Below, piece by piece: positions 45,628-55,006 of a DNA stretch of 64,000 bases. The notes under the pieces were generated by a model. That model worked only from the letters and a program-made list of their open reading frames with translations, had not been told where the DNA came from and did not search any database. This stretch comes from Candidatus Krumholzibacteriota bacterium (lineage in GTDB: Bacteria > Krumholzibacteriota > Krumholzibacteriia > JAJRXK01), in NCBI GenBank assembly GCA_963806035.1, contig CAWDWO010000030.1, positions 1 to 64,000 on the forward strand. Reading direction: 5' to 3'. The position numbers and the translations under genes were made by a program. The first letter of the stretch is position 1. Each line of letters starts with the position of its first letter.

Positions 45628-46131
45628 ATGGGAAAACGAGGACGCGAAATCGTCGGGATGGACGTCGATGAGGTGCTGAAAATGCTCAACGATGCGTATG
45701 CCAGCGAGTGGCTCGCCTACTACCAATACTGGCTGGGCGCCAAGCTGATCAAAGGGCCCATGAAGGACGCGGTGGCAGCCGAATTGGATCAACACGCCAA
45801 CGAGGAACTCAGCCACGCGGACATGGTCGCCGAACGCATCATTCAGCTCGGTGGCGTCCCGGAGCTCGAACCCAAGAATTGGGAGAAACTGAGCCCCTGC
45901 AAGTACGACGCGCCCGAGGATGCTTACGTGGCAGTGTTGCTCGACCAAAACATCGTAGGCGAGCAGTGCGCCATCGACACCTACAAGAACATCATGGACG
46001 CGACGAAGGATAAGGACATGGTGACTTACAACCTGGCCTTGACGATCCTCGAGCAGGAAGTCGAGCACGAGGAAGACCTGCAGGGGCTTCGCGAAGATCT
46101 CGACCTGATGGCCGAACGCGGGAGCAAGTGA
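45628..46131 (+). CDS. DPS-like (DPSL)/bacterioferritin-related protein
   Basis: EWLAYYQYW; EELSHA; GEQCAI; EVEHEED; two Cys residues. Confidence 0.88.
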   Translation: MGKRGREIVGMDVDEVLKMLNDAYASEWLAYYQYWLGAKLIKGPMKDAVAAELDQHANEELSHADMVAERIIQLGGVPELEPKNWEKLSPCKYDAPEDAYVAVLLDQNIVGEQCAIDTYKNIMDATKDKDMVTYNLALTILEQEVEHEEDLQGLREDLDLMAERGSK

Positions 46132-46144
46132 TCTGGCCGCGGGT

Positions 46145-48421
46145 TTGAGGTCGCCGCTGAAAGGCCGACCCGACGACGAGGCCAAGCTGGGCGCCTTCCT
46201 GGGCGTCTACACGCCGACGGTGCTCACCATCCTCGGCGTCATCATGTACTTGCGCCTCGGCTGGGTCACGGGGCAAGTGGGATTGGCGAAGACGCTCTTG
46301 ATCGTCGTCATCGCCAATCTCATCACCCTCGTCACTACCCTGTCCTTCTCCGCCATCGCCACCAACTTCCGCGTCGGAGTGGGTGGAGCTTACTTCATCA
46401 TCTCGCGCAGTCTGGGACTCGAATTCGGGGGAGCGATCGGGCTTCCCCTCTTTCTTTCCCAGGCTCTTTCGGTTTCGCTCTATGCCTTCGGTCTCGCGGA
46501 ATCGCTGAGGCTGTTGTGGCCGGGTATTCCGCTGCAATTCGTGGCCTTCGCGATCGTCGTGGCGGTGGCGGTGCTGGCTCTTCGCGGCGCGCAGATGGCA
46601 CTGAGAGCCCAGCTTCCCATCATGGCTCTCATCGTCCTGTCGCTCGTCGCGCTCGTGGGCGGCGCTTTCCACGGTCCGAGAGTCCAGGCTGAGGTCGCAC
46701 AACCTGCGCTTGCCCTCGGTTTCTGGGCGGTGTTCGCGGTCTTCTTTCCCGCGGTGACCGGGATCATGGCGGGCCTGGGCTTGTCGGGAGATCTGCGCGA
46801 CCCCATCAAGGCCATTCCCCGTGGGGCACTGGCCGCCACCATCACCGGCTTTGTGGTCTACCTGCTCATTCCCATCGTCCTCATCCGTGGGGCCAGCCCC
46901 GAGGCCCTGCGAGAAAACCCCATGATCTGGACCAAGATTGCTCCGCTCGGAGTGCTCCTGGTCATGCCCGGCCTGTGGGGGGCGATCTTCTCCTCCGCCG
47001 TGGGTTCCATTCTCGGGGCGCCGAGGACTCTGCAGGCTCTGGCCGCGGACGGACTGGCTCCCAAGTTTCTGAGGAGGGGGCAAAAGGAAAAGGGCGAGCC
47101 CGTGAAAGGGCTTCTCGTTGCCCTGGCCATCGCGCTCTTGGGGGTGTCCCTGGGCGATCTCAATGCGGTAGCGCCGGTCGTCACCATGTTCTTTTTGACG
47201 GTGTACGGCATGGTGAACATCGTGGCCGCCCTGGAGACGATCTCCGGCGATCCCTCTTGGCGTCCGGCGCTCCACGTGCCCTGGTGGCTGTGCTTGGCCG
47301 CGGGGGTGGGCTGCTTCTGGGTGATGTTCCTCATCAATCCCGCGGCGGCGCTGGCCGCAATCGTGATCGAGTTCGTGCTGTGGAGCGTTTTGGCGCGCCG
47401 CGAGAAGCGCGCCGGCTGGGGCGACGTGCGCCGTGGCGTCTACGAGGCCCTCATCCGTTGGTCATTGATTCGACTCTCGCATCGCCCGATGACGCCGCGA
47501 AACTGGCGTCCTCACGTGCTGGTCTTCGTCGAGGATCCCGAGCGGCGGCTCGACCTGATTCTCTTCGGCACCTGGTTCAGCCAGGGGCGTGGAGTGGTCA
47601 CGGTGTGCGAACTCGTGGTCGGGGATCTCTTGAAGGAGGACCTCTCGATCGCCCAGCGCGAAGAAGACATCCGGCGGACGCTGCGGCGCGAGGGCCTGGT
47701 GGCCTTCGGAGAAGTGGACGTGGTGCACGACGTCGTGGCGGGGATCACCAACGTCGCTCAGGCCAACGGCATCGCAGGACTCGACAGCAACACGATTCTC
47801 ATCGGCTGGCCGAGCGATCCGAGGCGCGCGGTGGAGTTCCTGAAGGTGGTGCACCGCATGGAGCACCTTCACAAATCGGTGGTCATCGGCCGGATCCCCT
47901 CGAGAACCGTGACCAAAGAAAACCGGGAACGCGTCATTCACGTGTGGTGGGGCGGACTGCAGCGCAACAGCGATCTCATGCTGCTCCTGGCGCACTTGAT
48001 CACGCTCAATCCCCAGTGGCGTAACGCCCGCATCAAGATCTTGAGTGTCGCTTCCAACGAGTTGATGAAGACCAATACCGAGGCCTATCTGGCCGAACTC
48101 ATTCCCGCCATCCGCATTTCGGCCGAGGCCACCGTGATGTTGCGTCAGAAAGACCGCAAAATCCGCGACATCATTCACGAGGAGAGCGCTGAGGCCGACA
48201 TCGTCTTCTTGGGACTCGATCCTCCCCAGGAAGAGGAGGAGCTGGAGGCCTACGTGGAACGACTCAACGACTTGAGTGAGTCGTTGGGCAGCGTGTTCTT
48301 CGTCAAGAACGCCAGCCTCTTCGTGGGACAGCTGGTCCAGACTACCGAAGAAGTCGCCGCTGCCTCCGAAGAGCCAGTCGAGGAGGAATCACCTTCCGAC
48401 GAGGATTCGCCCAGCCCTTGA
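46145..48421 (+). CDS. Cation-chloride cotransporter (SLC12/APC family) homologue
   Basis: GVYTPTVLTILGVIMYLR; FFPAVTGIMAG; SGDL; NWRPHVLV; HVWWGG. Start uncertain. Confidence 0.85.
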   Translation: MRSPLKGRPDDEAKLGAFLGVYTPTVLTILGVIMYLRLGWVTGQVGLAKTLLIVVIANLITLVTTLSFSAIATNFRVGVGGAYFIISRSLGLEFGGAIGLPLFLSQALSVSLYAFGLAESLRLLWPGIPLQFVAFAIVVAVAVLALRGAQMALRAQLPIMALIVLSLVALVGGAFHGPRVQAEVAQPALALGFWAVFAVFFPAVTGIMAGLGLSGDLRDPIKAIPRGALAATITGFVVYLLIPIVLIRGASPEALRENPMIWTKIAPLGVLLVMPGLWGAIFSSAVGSILGAPRTLQALAADGLAPKFLRRGQKEKGEPVKGLLVALAIALLGVSLGDLNAVAPVVTMFFLTVYGMVNIVAALETISGDPSWRPALHVPWWLCLAAGVGCFWVMFLINPAAALAAIVIEFVLWSVLARREKRAGWGDVRRGVYEALIRWSLIRLSHRPMTPRNWRPHVLVFVEDPERRLDLILFGTWFSQGRGVVTVCELVVGDLLKEDLSIAQREEDIRRTLRREGLVAFGEVDVVHDVVAGITNVAQANGIAGLDSNTILIGWPSDPRRAVEFLKVVHRMEHLHKSVVIGRIPSRTVTKENRERVIHVWWGGLQRNSDLMLLLAHLITLNPQWRNARIKILSVASNELMKTNTEAYLAELIPAIRISAEATVMLRQKDRKIRDIIHEESAEADIVFLGLDPPQEEEELEAYVERLNDLSESLGSVFFVKNASLFVGQLVQTTEEVAAASEEPVEEESPSDEDSPSP

Positions 48422-48475
48422 GACGCGCGGGCCCCGGACCTCATTCTGCTGAAGACCGGGGCCGCAGCGCCGGGT

Positions 48476-49204
48476 TCAGGCCGCCAGACGCTCGCCCAAC
48501 TGACGCAGAAGCCGTGCGCCGTCGCCCTCCCAGGCCGCGCCGTGCATGCACGCCAAGACCCTCGGCGAGGTGAGCGCGAGCTTCTCGGCCAGAGCCCGGG
48601 CCTCGGTAGTGTGCGAGAAGTAGTCCATCATGCCGCGCATCTGCTCGCTGCTCTCCAGGATGCTCTCCTTGACCAGCGGCTGATGCTCGCTGCCTCCCTG
48701 GGTGAAGATGTCTCCGCAGAAAAGAGTCTTGGTGGTGGTCTCGTAGAGGTGTCCGCATTCCCAACCGTGGGGGAAGTGGGGCGTGTCGAGCCAGCGCACC
48801 ACGTGCTTGCCCAGGGAGAGTTCCTCTCCATCGTTCATGCCCCGCGCCGGGCGATCGGCGACGTCGTCGATGCTGACCATCTTGGCGACGGCACTGCACA
48901 GGGCTTCGGCTTGCGGAGCCAGCGCGAGGAACTCGTTCAGCGATCCACACTCGTCGGCTTCGTAGTGCGAAAATCCGATGTAGCGCAGCGACCGGGGATC
49001 GATGACCGCAGCGATAGCCTCTTTCACCAGGGGGAACATCTTGCGCGGACCGGTGTGATAGAGCAGAGGGGCATCGTCGACGACGAGATACTGATTGAAG
49101 GTGAATCCCCCGGGAACGATCTCCGGAGGAACCGGTGTGCTGATGCGATGGATGCCCTCGGCGATTTCGTCGATTCGGGTGCCGGTTTGTGCGTTGGTGG
49201 TCAT
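48476..49204 (-). CDS. MBL-fold di-iron protein (FprA N-terminal domain/ODP-like)
   Basis: FNQYL; SHYEADECG; TPHFPH; LFCGD; MHG. Confidence 0.8.
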   Translation of the reverse strand: MTTNAQTGTRIDEIAEGIHRISTPVPPEIVPGGFTFNQYLVVDDAPLLYHTGPRKMFPLVKEAIAAVIDPRSLRYIGFSHYEADECGSLNEFLALAPQAEALCSAVAKMVSIDDVADRPARGMNDGEELSLGKHVVRWLDTPHFPHGWECGHLYETTTKTLFCGDIFTQGGSEHQPLVKESILESSEQMRGMMDYFSHTTEARALAEKLALTSPRVLACMHGAAWEGDGARLLRQLGERLAA

Positions 49205-49809
49205 GATTCGCTCTCCTTCTTCACATTCGTGGTTTGGTTGTCGGAGTTTCCGAGAACGAGTGGGCGAAGGATCGCGATGAGTTCGTCTCGGGCTTCCTCG
49301 GGAGCGAGTCCTCCGGAAAGTCGAAGGGCTCGATAGGTCAGAAAATCGAGGAGCCCGCGCACGAGGGGGGAATTGCGCGGAGTTGCAGCTTGGAGGATCT
49401 GTGTGATGGCGTCGGCCAGACCTTCATAGGCCTTCATCTCCGCATCCAGGGTGGGGGATTCGTCACGGAGACGAGCGCTGGTCCAGGCGAAGCCGAACAT
49501 GGCCTCGTGAATGCGGCACAGTTCGGCGACGCTGGCGGCAAGTCTCTCGGAAGGGTCGTCGATCTTCCCCAGAGACTCCAGGTCGGGCAGAGTGAGGGAC
49601 TCGGCAAAGGTGCGCGTGCAGCTCTGAAAGAGATCTTCCTTGCTGGGGAAGTGTTTGCGCACCGTCGGTACCGAGCAGCCGGCCTCCTCGGCGAGGGGTC
49701 CGTACTCGGTGATTCCCTCCCAGTGGAGCTTGAGGGCTGCCTCCAAGATTCGCTGGCGAGTCCTGGCGGCGGCGCGCTCCCTTCGGCGGTTGTCGTAGCG
49801 TCGAGTCAT
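49201..49809 (-). CDS. TetR/AcrR-family transcriptional regulator
   Basis: TRQRILEAA...LAEEAGCSVPTVRKHFPSKEDL HTH. Confidence 0.9.
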   Translation of the reverse strand: MTRRYDNRRRERAAARTRQRILEAALKLHWEGITEYGPLAEEAGCSVPTVRKHFPSKEDLFQSCTRTFAESLTLPDLESLGKIDDPSERLAASVAELCRIHEAMFGFAWTSARLRDESPTLDAEMKAYEGLADAITQILQAATPRNSPLVRGLLDFLTYRALRLSGGLAPEEARDELIAILRPLVLGNSDNQTTNVKKESES

Positions 49810-49815
49810 GCAGAG

Positions 49816-49844
49816 AGAATAGGAAAATCAAGATCGTATGGCAA
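49816..49844 (-). promoter_or_regulatory. Sigma70-type promoter, probably giving a leaderless tetR mRNA
   Basis: Minus strand TTGCCA-N17-TATTCT, 6 nt before the ATG; no RBS. Confidence 0.65.
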
Positions 49845-49880
49845 TATTCAATATTATCATAAATTAATTAATATTGAATA
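49845..49880. promoter_or_regulatory. AT-rich 12-bp inverted repeat (candidate operator)
   Basis: TATTCAATATTA-N12-TAATATTGAATA. Confidence 0.55.
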
Positions 49881-49957
49881 CTCCATAACTTATTACATTA
49901 CAAACTATTACGATCACCGACCAAGAACGTACCGGGCGGAATTCGCGGGAGGGAGGC

Positions 49958-50608
49958 TCAGTCGAGAGAGCTGAGGCCCTCACGGATGGCGTACTTCGTG
50001 AGTTCGGCCACCGAGTGGATCTCGAGCTTGTCCATGATCTGCTTGCGGTGACTCTCGACGGTCTTGACCGAGAGGTGCAACTCGCCGGCGATCTCCTTGG
50101 TGGCGCTTCCGGCGGCGAGAAGCTGCAGGACCTCGCGCTCGCGCGCGGTAAGCAGGGCGAAGGCGCTCCCTTCATCCACCTCGGCCAGGCGAATGTAGTC
50201 CTTGATGACCTGTTCGCTCACCAGGGGACTCAGGTACAGGCGGCCCTCCCTCACCTCCTTGATCACGTCGATCAGCTCGCTGAAGCCGGCCTCTTTCAAC
50301 ACGTAGGCCACCGCTCCGGCCCGGAGCGCTTCGATCACGTAGCGCCGGTCGCTGTGCATGGAGAGCACGATGATCTTCGTCTCGGGATTCGAATCGTGGA
50401 GTCGTCTGGCGACTTCGATGCCATGCAGACCGGGCATCGCCAAATCCAGAATGAGAATCTCGGGCTTCAGGCGGGTGACCAGGTCGATGGCCTCGAGGCC
50501 GTCCTGTGCCTCTCCGACCACTTCGAAATCGGATCGCGACACGAGAAGCGCCCGCAATCCGTCCCGGAAGATCTGATGATCGTCGGCCACCACGACTCTC
50601 ACACTCAC
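49958..50608 (-). CDS. NarL/LuxR-family response regulator
   Basis: VVVADDH; LDLAMP; LTAREREVL; SVKTVESH; GTG start overlapping the kinase stop. Confidence 0.95.
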   Translation of the reverse strand: MSVRVVVADDHQIFRDGLRALLVSRSDFEVVGEAQDGLEAIDLVTRLKPEILILDLAMPGLHGIEVARRLHDSNPETKIIVLSMHSDRRYVIEALRAGAVAYVLKEAGFSELIDVIKEVREGRLYLSPLVSEQVIKDYIRLAEVDEGSAFALLTAREREVLQLLAAGSATKEIAGELHLSVKTVESHRKQIMDKLEIHSVAELTKYAIREGLSSLD

Positions 50609-51717
50609 GCCGGTTCCTCCTGCACGAGAGGGGCGATCAGTCGCACTCGGCTGCCCTTCCCGGATTCTCCCTCGAGATCGAGCATTCCTCCGAGCTGGCG
50701 CAGGCGTTCCTCGATGCTGAACAAGCCGAAACGGTGGTCGTTCCTGGCGGCGAGGGCCAGCGCCGGATCGAGACCGCGGCCATCGTCCTCCACGCTCAGC
50801 TGGAGATTTTCCGATTGGCATTCGAGTTCGATTTTGACCTGCGAGGCCTCGGCGTGTTTGACCACGTTGTGCAAGAGTTCTCGCGCCGAGCGAAAGTACA
50901 GCACGCGAAGGTCATCGGGGAGATCCCTGCGACAGCGGTCGTGCACCTTCACTTTCAAACCGTGTTTGATCTGTACTTGCTCGCCCAGCCATTGAAGCGC
51001 GGGACCCAAGCCCAATTCATACAGCACGGGCGGACTCAGCTCGAAGGTGAGGCTCCTCGTGTAGCTGATGGCCTGATCGACGAGTTTCAGCAGCTCGCTG
51101 ACCGCCGGATCGTGCCCGCCGAAGACCGCATCGCCCTGCAACTGCCGAAGTCGCGCGCGCACGAAGGCCAGGCCCTGCCCCAAATGGTCGTGGAGGTCGC
51201 TGGCGATTTCCCGCCGTTCGCGTGCCTCGGCCAGGCACACTTCGCTGGCCAGGCGACGCAGGTCATTCGTCCGCGATGCGATCTGGCGTTCGAGTTCTTC
51301 GTTCGCTTGCATGATGGCCGCGTTGTCTTGGCGGTGTTGCCAGAAGCCGCGGAGCATTTCGGCAAGGGATCGGATCAGATCGCGCTCTTCGTGCAGAAAT
51401 GGGCCCTCATCACAGCTGGGACGGGCTTCGTGGTAGGCCACTTCCAAAAATCCCTGGCTTCCATCCCGCAGCCGGAACTCCTCGCGCTGGCTCCACGCCG
51501 TCGAGCCATGGCCATCCGACTCCCATCGCTTCTGGCCCAATCCCACTCCGGCCGTCGCGATCTCCGGGTACTGCCAGGCGCCGGGGACCAGGGCCACCAC
51601 TTCGCTCATCACCGTCTCGACGGGACGTTCGAGGTTCTGGAGCAAGCGGGCCGTGCGGTGTAGGGCGGCCAGCTCCTTCACCCGTTCATTGAGCTTGTGG
51701 TGCAGGACTTCGTGCAT
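50605..51717 (-). CDS. Soluble HisKA_3 sensor histidine kinase
   Basis: ERREIASDLHDHLGQ; ELLHNVVKHA; DDGRG; FGL; no TM segment. Start may be 51753. Confidence 0.9.
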   Translation of the reverse strand: MHEVLHHKLNERVKELAALHRTARLLQNLERPVETVMSEVVALVPGAWQYPEIATAGVGLGQKRWESDGHGSTAWSQREEFRLRDGSQGFLEVAYHEARPSCDEGPFLHEERDLIRSLAEMLRGFWQHRQDNAAIMQANEELERQIASRTNDLRRLASEVCLAEARERREIASDLHDHLGQGLAFVRARLRQLQGDAVFGGHDPAVSELLKLVDQAISYTRSLTFELSPPVLYELGLGPALQWLGEQVQIKHGLKVKVHDRCRRDLPDDLRVLYFRSARELLHNVVKHAEASQVKIELECQSENLQLSVEDDGRGLDPALALAARNDHRFGLFSIEERLRQLGGMLDLEGESGKGSRVRLIAPLVQEEPA

Positions 51718-51918
51718 GGACGCAATCCTAGTCTGCCCGAGTGCCGAGAACAACTCCGCTCAGGGATTCCCTGATGCCCGATGGGGGAAACCCCGAGTCG
51801 ATTTCAGGATCGACCTCGTTGTGCTTCTGAGCGTGGGGACGGAGGCTGAGACAGTCGAAATCTTGGACGGAGGCGCCATGGCGCGCCTTAAAAGGCCACT
51901 TCGAGGGAGGTTCTGGTC

Positions 51919-53121
51919 GTGTTCGATACTGGCAATACTGGATTTATGTTGCTGGCCACCAGCCTGGTCATGCTGATGACCCCGGGCTTGGCCTTTTTCT
52001 ACGGTGGCCTGGTTGGCCGCCGCAACGTCCTGTCGATCATGATCCAGAGCTTCGTCTCGATGGGGATCACGACCATTCTCTGGTACACAGTGGGGTACTC
52101 GCTCTGCTTTAGCGGGAGCGGACCCATCATCGGAAATCTCGACATGGCCTTCCTGCGCGGAGTCGATCCCACCAGTGTCTTCGCCGGCAGCCAGATCCCC
52201 CTGATCGTGTTCATCGCCTACCAGATGATGTTCGCGATCATCACTCCCGCTCTGATCACCGGTGCGTTCAGTAACCGAGTTCGCTTCCCGGCCTACCTGG
52301 TCTTTCTGGTCCTGTGGCTCCTGCTCGTCTATTTCCCCTTCGTGCACATGGTGTGGGGTGGGGGAATCCTGCAGCAGTGGGGCGTGCTGGACTTTGCCGG
52401 AGGAATCGTGGTGCACAACATCGCGGGGATGGCCGCGTTGGCTTCGGTGCTCTACGTGGGTAAGCGTAAGGTGGCCGAGCAGGGCCCCCACAGCATTCCG
52501 CTGGTGGCCCTGGGAACGGGTTTGCTCTGGTTCGGCTGGTACGGTTTCAACGCGGGGAGCGAGCTCCAGGTCGACGGGGTTACTTCGCTGGCCTTCCTGA
52601 ATACCGACATCGCGGCCAGCTTTGCCGCAATCACCTGGCTCATCATCGAGTGGAATCGCGCGCACAAGCCGCGCTTCGTGGGGCTCTTGACCGGTGCGGT
52701 GGCCGGCCTGGCCACCATCACTCCCGCCGCGGCCTACGTGCCCATCTGGGCCGCCGCCTTGATCGGAGCCGTCGCGGGTATCGTCTGCTACTGGGCGGTC
52801 GAGCTGAAGAATAAGCTGGGTTGGGACGATGCACTCGACGTATGGGGCGTCCACGGGGTCGGCGGAGCCCTGGGTATCATCATGCTGGGGATCTTCGGCG
52901 AACTCGCGATCAATGCCAAGGGGGCGAACGGTCTCTTGCACGGGGGGAGCGCGTTCTTCGGCAAACAAGTGGGCGCAGTCGCCATCTCCTCGCTGTATGC
53001 CTTCGTCTTCACCTACGTCATGCTGTGGTTGATCAATCGCGTCACCGTGGTTCGAACCAGCGAAGAACAGCAATCGACTCTGGACGAATCCCTGCACGGG
53101 GAAACGGCATATTTGACCTAA
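51919..53121 (+). CDS. amtB: Ammonium transporter (Amt)
   Basis: MTPGLAFFYGG; DFAGGIVVH; WFGWYGFNAGS; DDALDVWGVHG. Confidence 0.97.
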   Translation: MFDTGNTGFMLLATSLVMLMTPGLAFFYGGLVGRRNVLSIMIQSFVSMGITTILWYTVGYSLCFSGSGPIIGNLDMAFLRGVDPTSVFAGSQIPLIVFIAYQMMFAIITPALITGAFSNRVRFPAYLVFLVLWLLLVYFPFVHMVWGGGILQQWGVLDFAGGIVVHNIAGMAALASVLYVGKRKVAEQGPHSIPLVALGTGLLWFGWYGFNAGSELQVDGVTSLAFLNTDIAASFAAITWLIIEWNRAHKPRFVGLLTGAVAGLATITPAAAYVPIWAAALIGAVAGIVCYWAVELKNKLGWDDALDVWGVHGVGGALGIIMLGIFGELAINAKGANGLLHGGSAFFGKQVGAVAISSLYAFVFTYVMLWLINRVTVVRTSEEQQSTLDESLHGETAYLT

Positions 53122-53134
53122 AAGGAGAGTTCAA

Positions 53135-54154
53135 GTGAAGATCAAAACTCTGATCGCGGCGGCGCTGGTCGCCGCGACCACCCTTCTAGTGCAATCGAGT
53201 GCCCATGCTCAGGAGAGAGAAGAGACCCCAGACACGCAGCTGAGCGGTTTCGTCGATGCCAGCTACTTCGAAAACATCGCCGATCGCGGGGGCGAATTCG
53301 GGTTGGACCAGGTCGAACTCGACATCGAGCACCGGGCCAGCCGCAAGACCATGCTGAGGGCTGACCTGGAATGGGTGAAGGACGGCGAGGGTTACCTGGC
53401 CCAGGTCGAACAGGCCTATATGCGATACGACTGTGGGGACGATTGGAGCTTCACGTTCGGTCGCTTCAACGCGCCCATCGGTTTCGAGCTGCTCGATCCC
53501 AACGAGATGTACCAATACAGCCACAGCCTCGTCTTCGACTATGGAGTGCCCACCAATCTCACCGGTCTCATGCTCGGCAAGTCCCTCGACGAGCACTTCG
53601 ATGTGGTGGCCTATGGGGTGAATGGCTGGGAGCAGAATGCCGAATCCAATCGGGTGAAGACCTTCGGGGGCCGACTCGGCTATTCAGGCGAGATCTCCAG
53701 CGCCGGATTCTCGCTCATCAGCGGGAAGGAGGGGGGCGGGAGCGATCCCGAGTTCAAGCGTACGGTCCTGGACATCGACATGGGCTGCTCGCCGGAAGCC
53801 TGGGTCTTCGGAGCCGAACTCAATCACGGACACGTGGAGCTGATGGACGGCAGCACCGCGGATTGGTTGGCCGCACTGCTGATGGCACACCGTGACTTCA
53901 ACGACCGGGTGGGGTTCACCGTTCGCTATGATTATTTTGACGACCAGGATGCCTGGGTTTTCGGTCCGGCGGAGGGCCAGGCCCAGAAGCGTCAGGCGAT
54001 CACGCTCGCTCCCACTTTCGTCCTTGATGAAGGGCTCGGCGCGCTCATCGAGTTCAGGGTGGATCGCAGCGATCGTAACGCCTTCGTGGACCGCGACGGA
54101 CAGCCGAGCAAATCGAGTGTCTCGTTCGCGGCCGAGATGACCTACGCCTTCTGA
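53135..54154 (+). CDS. Outer-membrane beta-barrel porin
   Basis: Signal peptide; EQAY; GRFNAPIGFE; YSHSLVF; NGWE; C-terminal YAF. Confidence 0.82.
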   Translation: MKIKTLIAAALVAATTLLVQSSAHAQEREETPDTQLSGFVDASYFENIADRGGEFGLDQVELDIEHRASRKTMLRADLEWVKDGEGYLAQVEQAYMRYDCGDDWSFTFGRFNAPIGFELLDPNEMYQYSHSLVFDYGVPTNLTGLMLGKSLDEHFDVVAYGVNGWEQNAESNRVKTFGGRLGYSGEISSAGFSLISGKEGGGSDPEFKRTVLDIDMGCSPEAWVFGAELNHGHVELMDGSTADWLAALLMAHRDFNDRVGFTVRYDYFDDQDAWVFGPAEGQAQKRQAITLAPTFVLDEGLGALIEFRVDRSDRNAFVDRDGQPSKSSVSFAAEMTYAF

Positions 54155-54208
54155 CGATTCGGGCGGCGCAGGGCCATCGCGATCGCTTTGCGCCGATGAG
54201 TTGATCAG

Positions 54209-55006
54209 ATGCCCGAGCTTCCGGAAGTCGAAACCACCGTACGTCTGTTGCGGCGGGAGTTGGTAGGGCGTCGCTTTCTACGCGTGAGCTTGAAATGGCC
54301 GCGCCAGTGTCCCACGCCCGAGGATCTCCGCACAGAGCTCCCCGGCCGGGAAGTCACGGCGCTGTCGCGCCGCGGCAAGTTCATCGTGGTGCACCTGGAT
54401 CCGGCCGATCGCACTCTGCTGGTTCACCTTCGCATGAGCGGGCAGCTGAGCGTTCAGCCTGAATCCGCTCCCTTCGACCCACACGCGCACACGGTGTTTT
54501 CCCTGGACGACGGTCTGGAGCTGCGCTTTTCCGACACGCGCAAGTTCGGCCGCGTCTATCTGTTGCGTGACCCCGAGGACGTGTTCGCTCAACTCGGTCC
54601 CGAACCGCTGGATTCCGCGTTCAGTCCGAAGTGGATGCGCGAACGTTTTCGGACGCGCAAACGGGCGATCAAGACCCTTCTGCTCGAGCAGTCCGTGGTG
54701 GCGGGCCTGGGTAACATCTACGCCGACGAGAGTCTCTTCCGGGCACAGATCGATCCGCGGAGGCCGGCGAGCAGTCTGAACTCGCGGGAAGTGCGCGCTC
54801 TGCATCGCGCGATCCGCGCGGTGCTCGAGGAGGCCATCGAGCACCAGGGCACGAGCTTCGATTGGGTCTACTCCGGTGGTGAAATGCAGAGCCGGCTAAA
54901 GGTCTACGGGCGCAAGGAGCAGCCCTGCTCCAGGTGCGCAACTCCGATTCAGCGCATCGTCGTCGGTCAGCGCGGCACCCATCTGTGTCCGCGCTGTCAA
55001 CGCTGA
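54209..55006 (+). CDS. mutM: Formamidopyrimidine-DNA glycosylase
   Basis: MPELPEVET; RRGK; HLRMSG; GLGNIYADE; C-terminal zinc finger. Confidence 0.98.
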   Translation: MPELPEVETTVRLLRRELVGRRFLRVSLKWPRQCPTPEDLRTELPGREVTALSRRGKFIVVHLDPADRTLLVHLRMSGQLSVQPESAPFDPHAHTVFSLDDGLELRFSDTRKFGRVYLLRDPEDVFAQLGPEPLDSAFSPKWMRERFRTRKRAIKTLLLEQSVVAGLGNIYADESLFRAQIDPRRPASSLNSREVRALHRAIRAVLEEAIEHQGTSFDWVYSGGEMQSRLKVYGRKEQPCSRCATPIQRIVVGQRGTHLCPRCQR

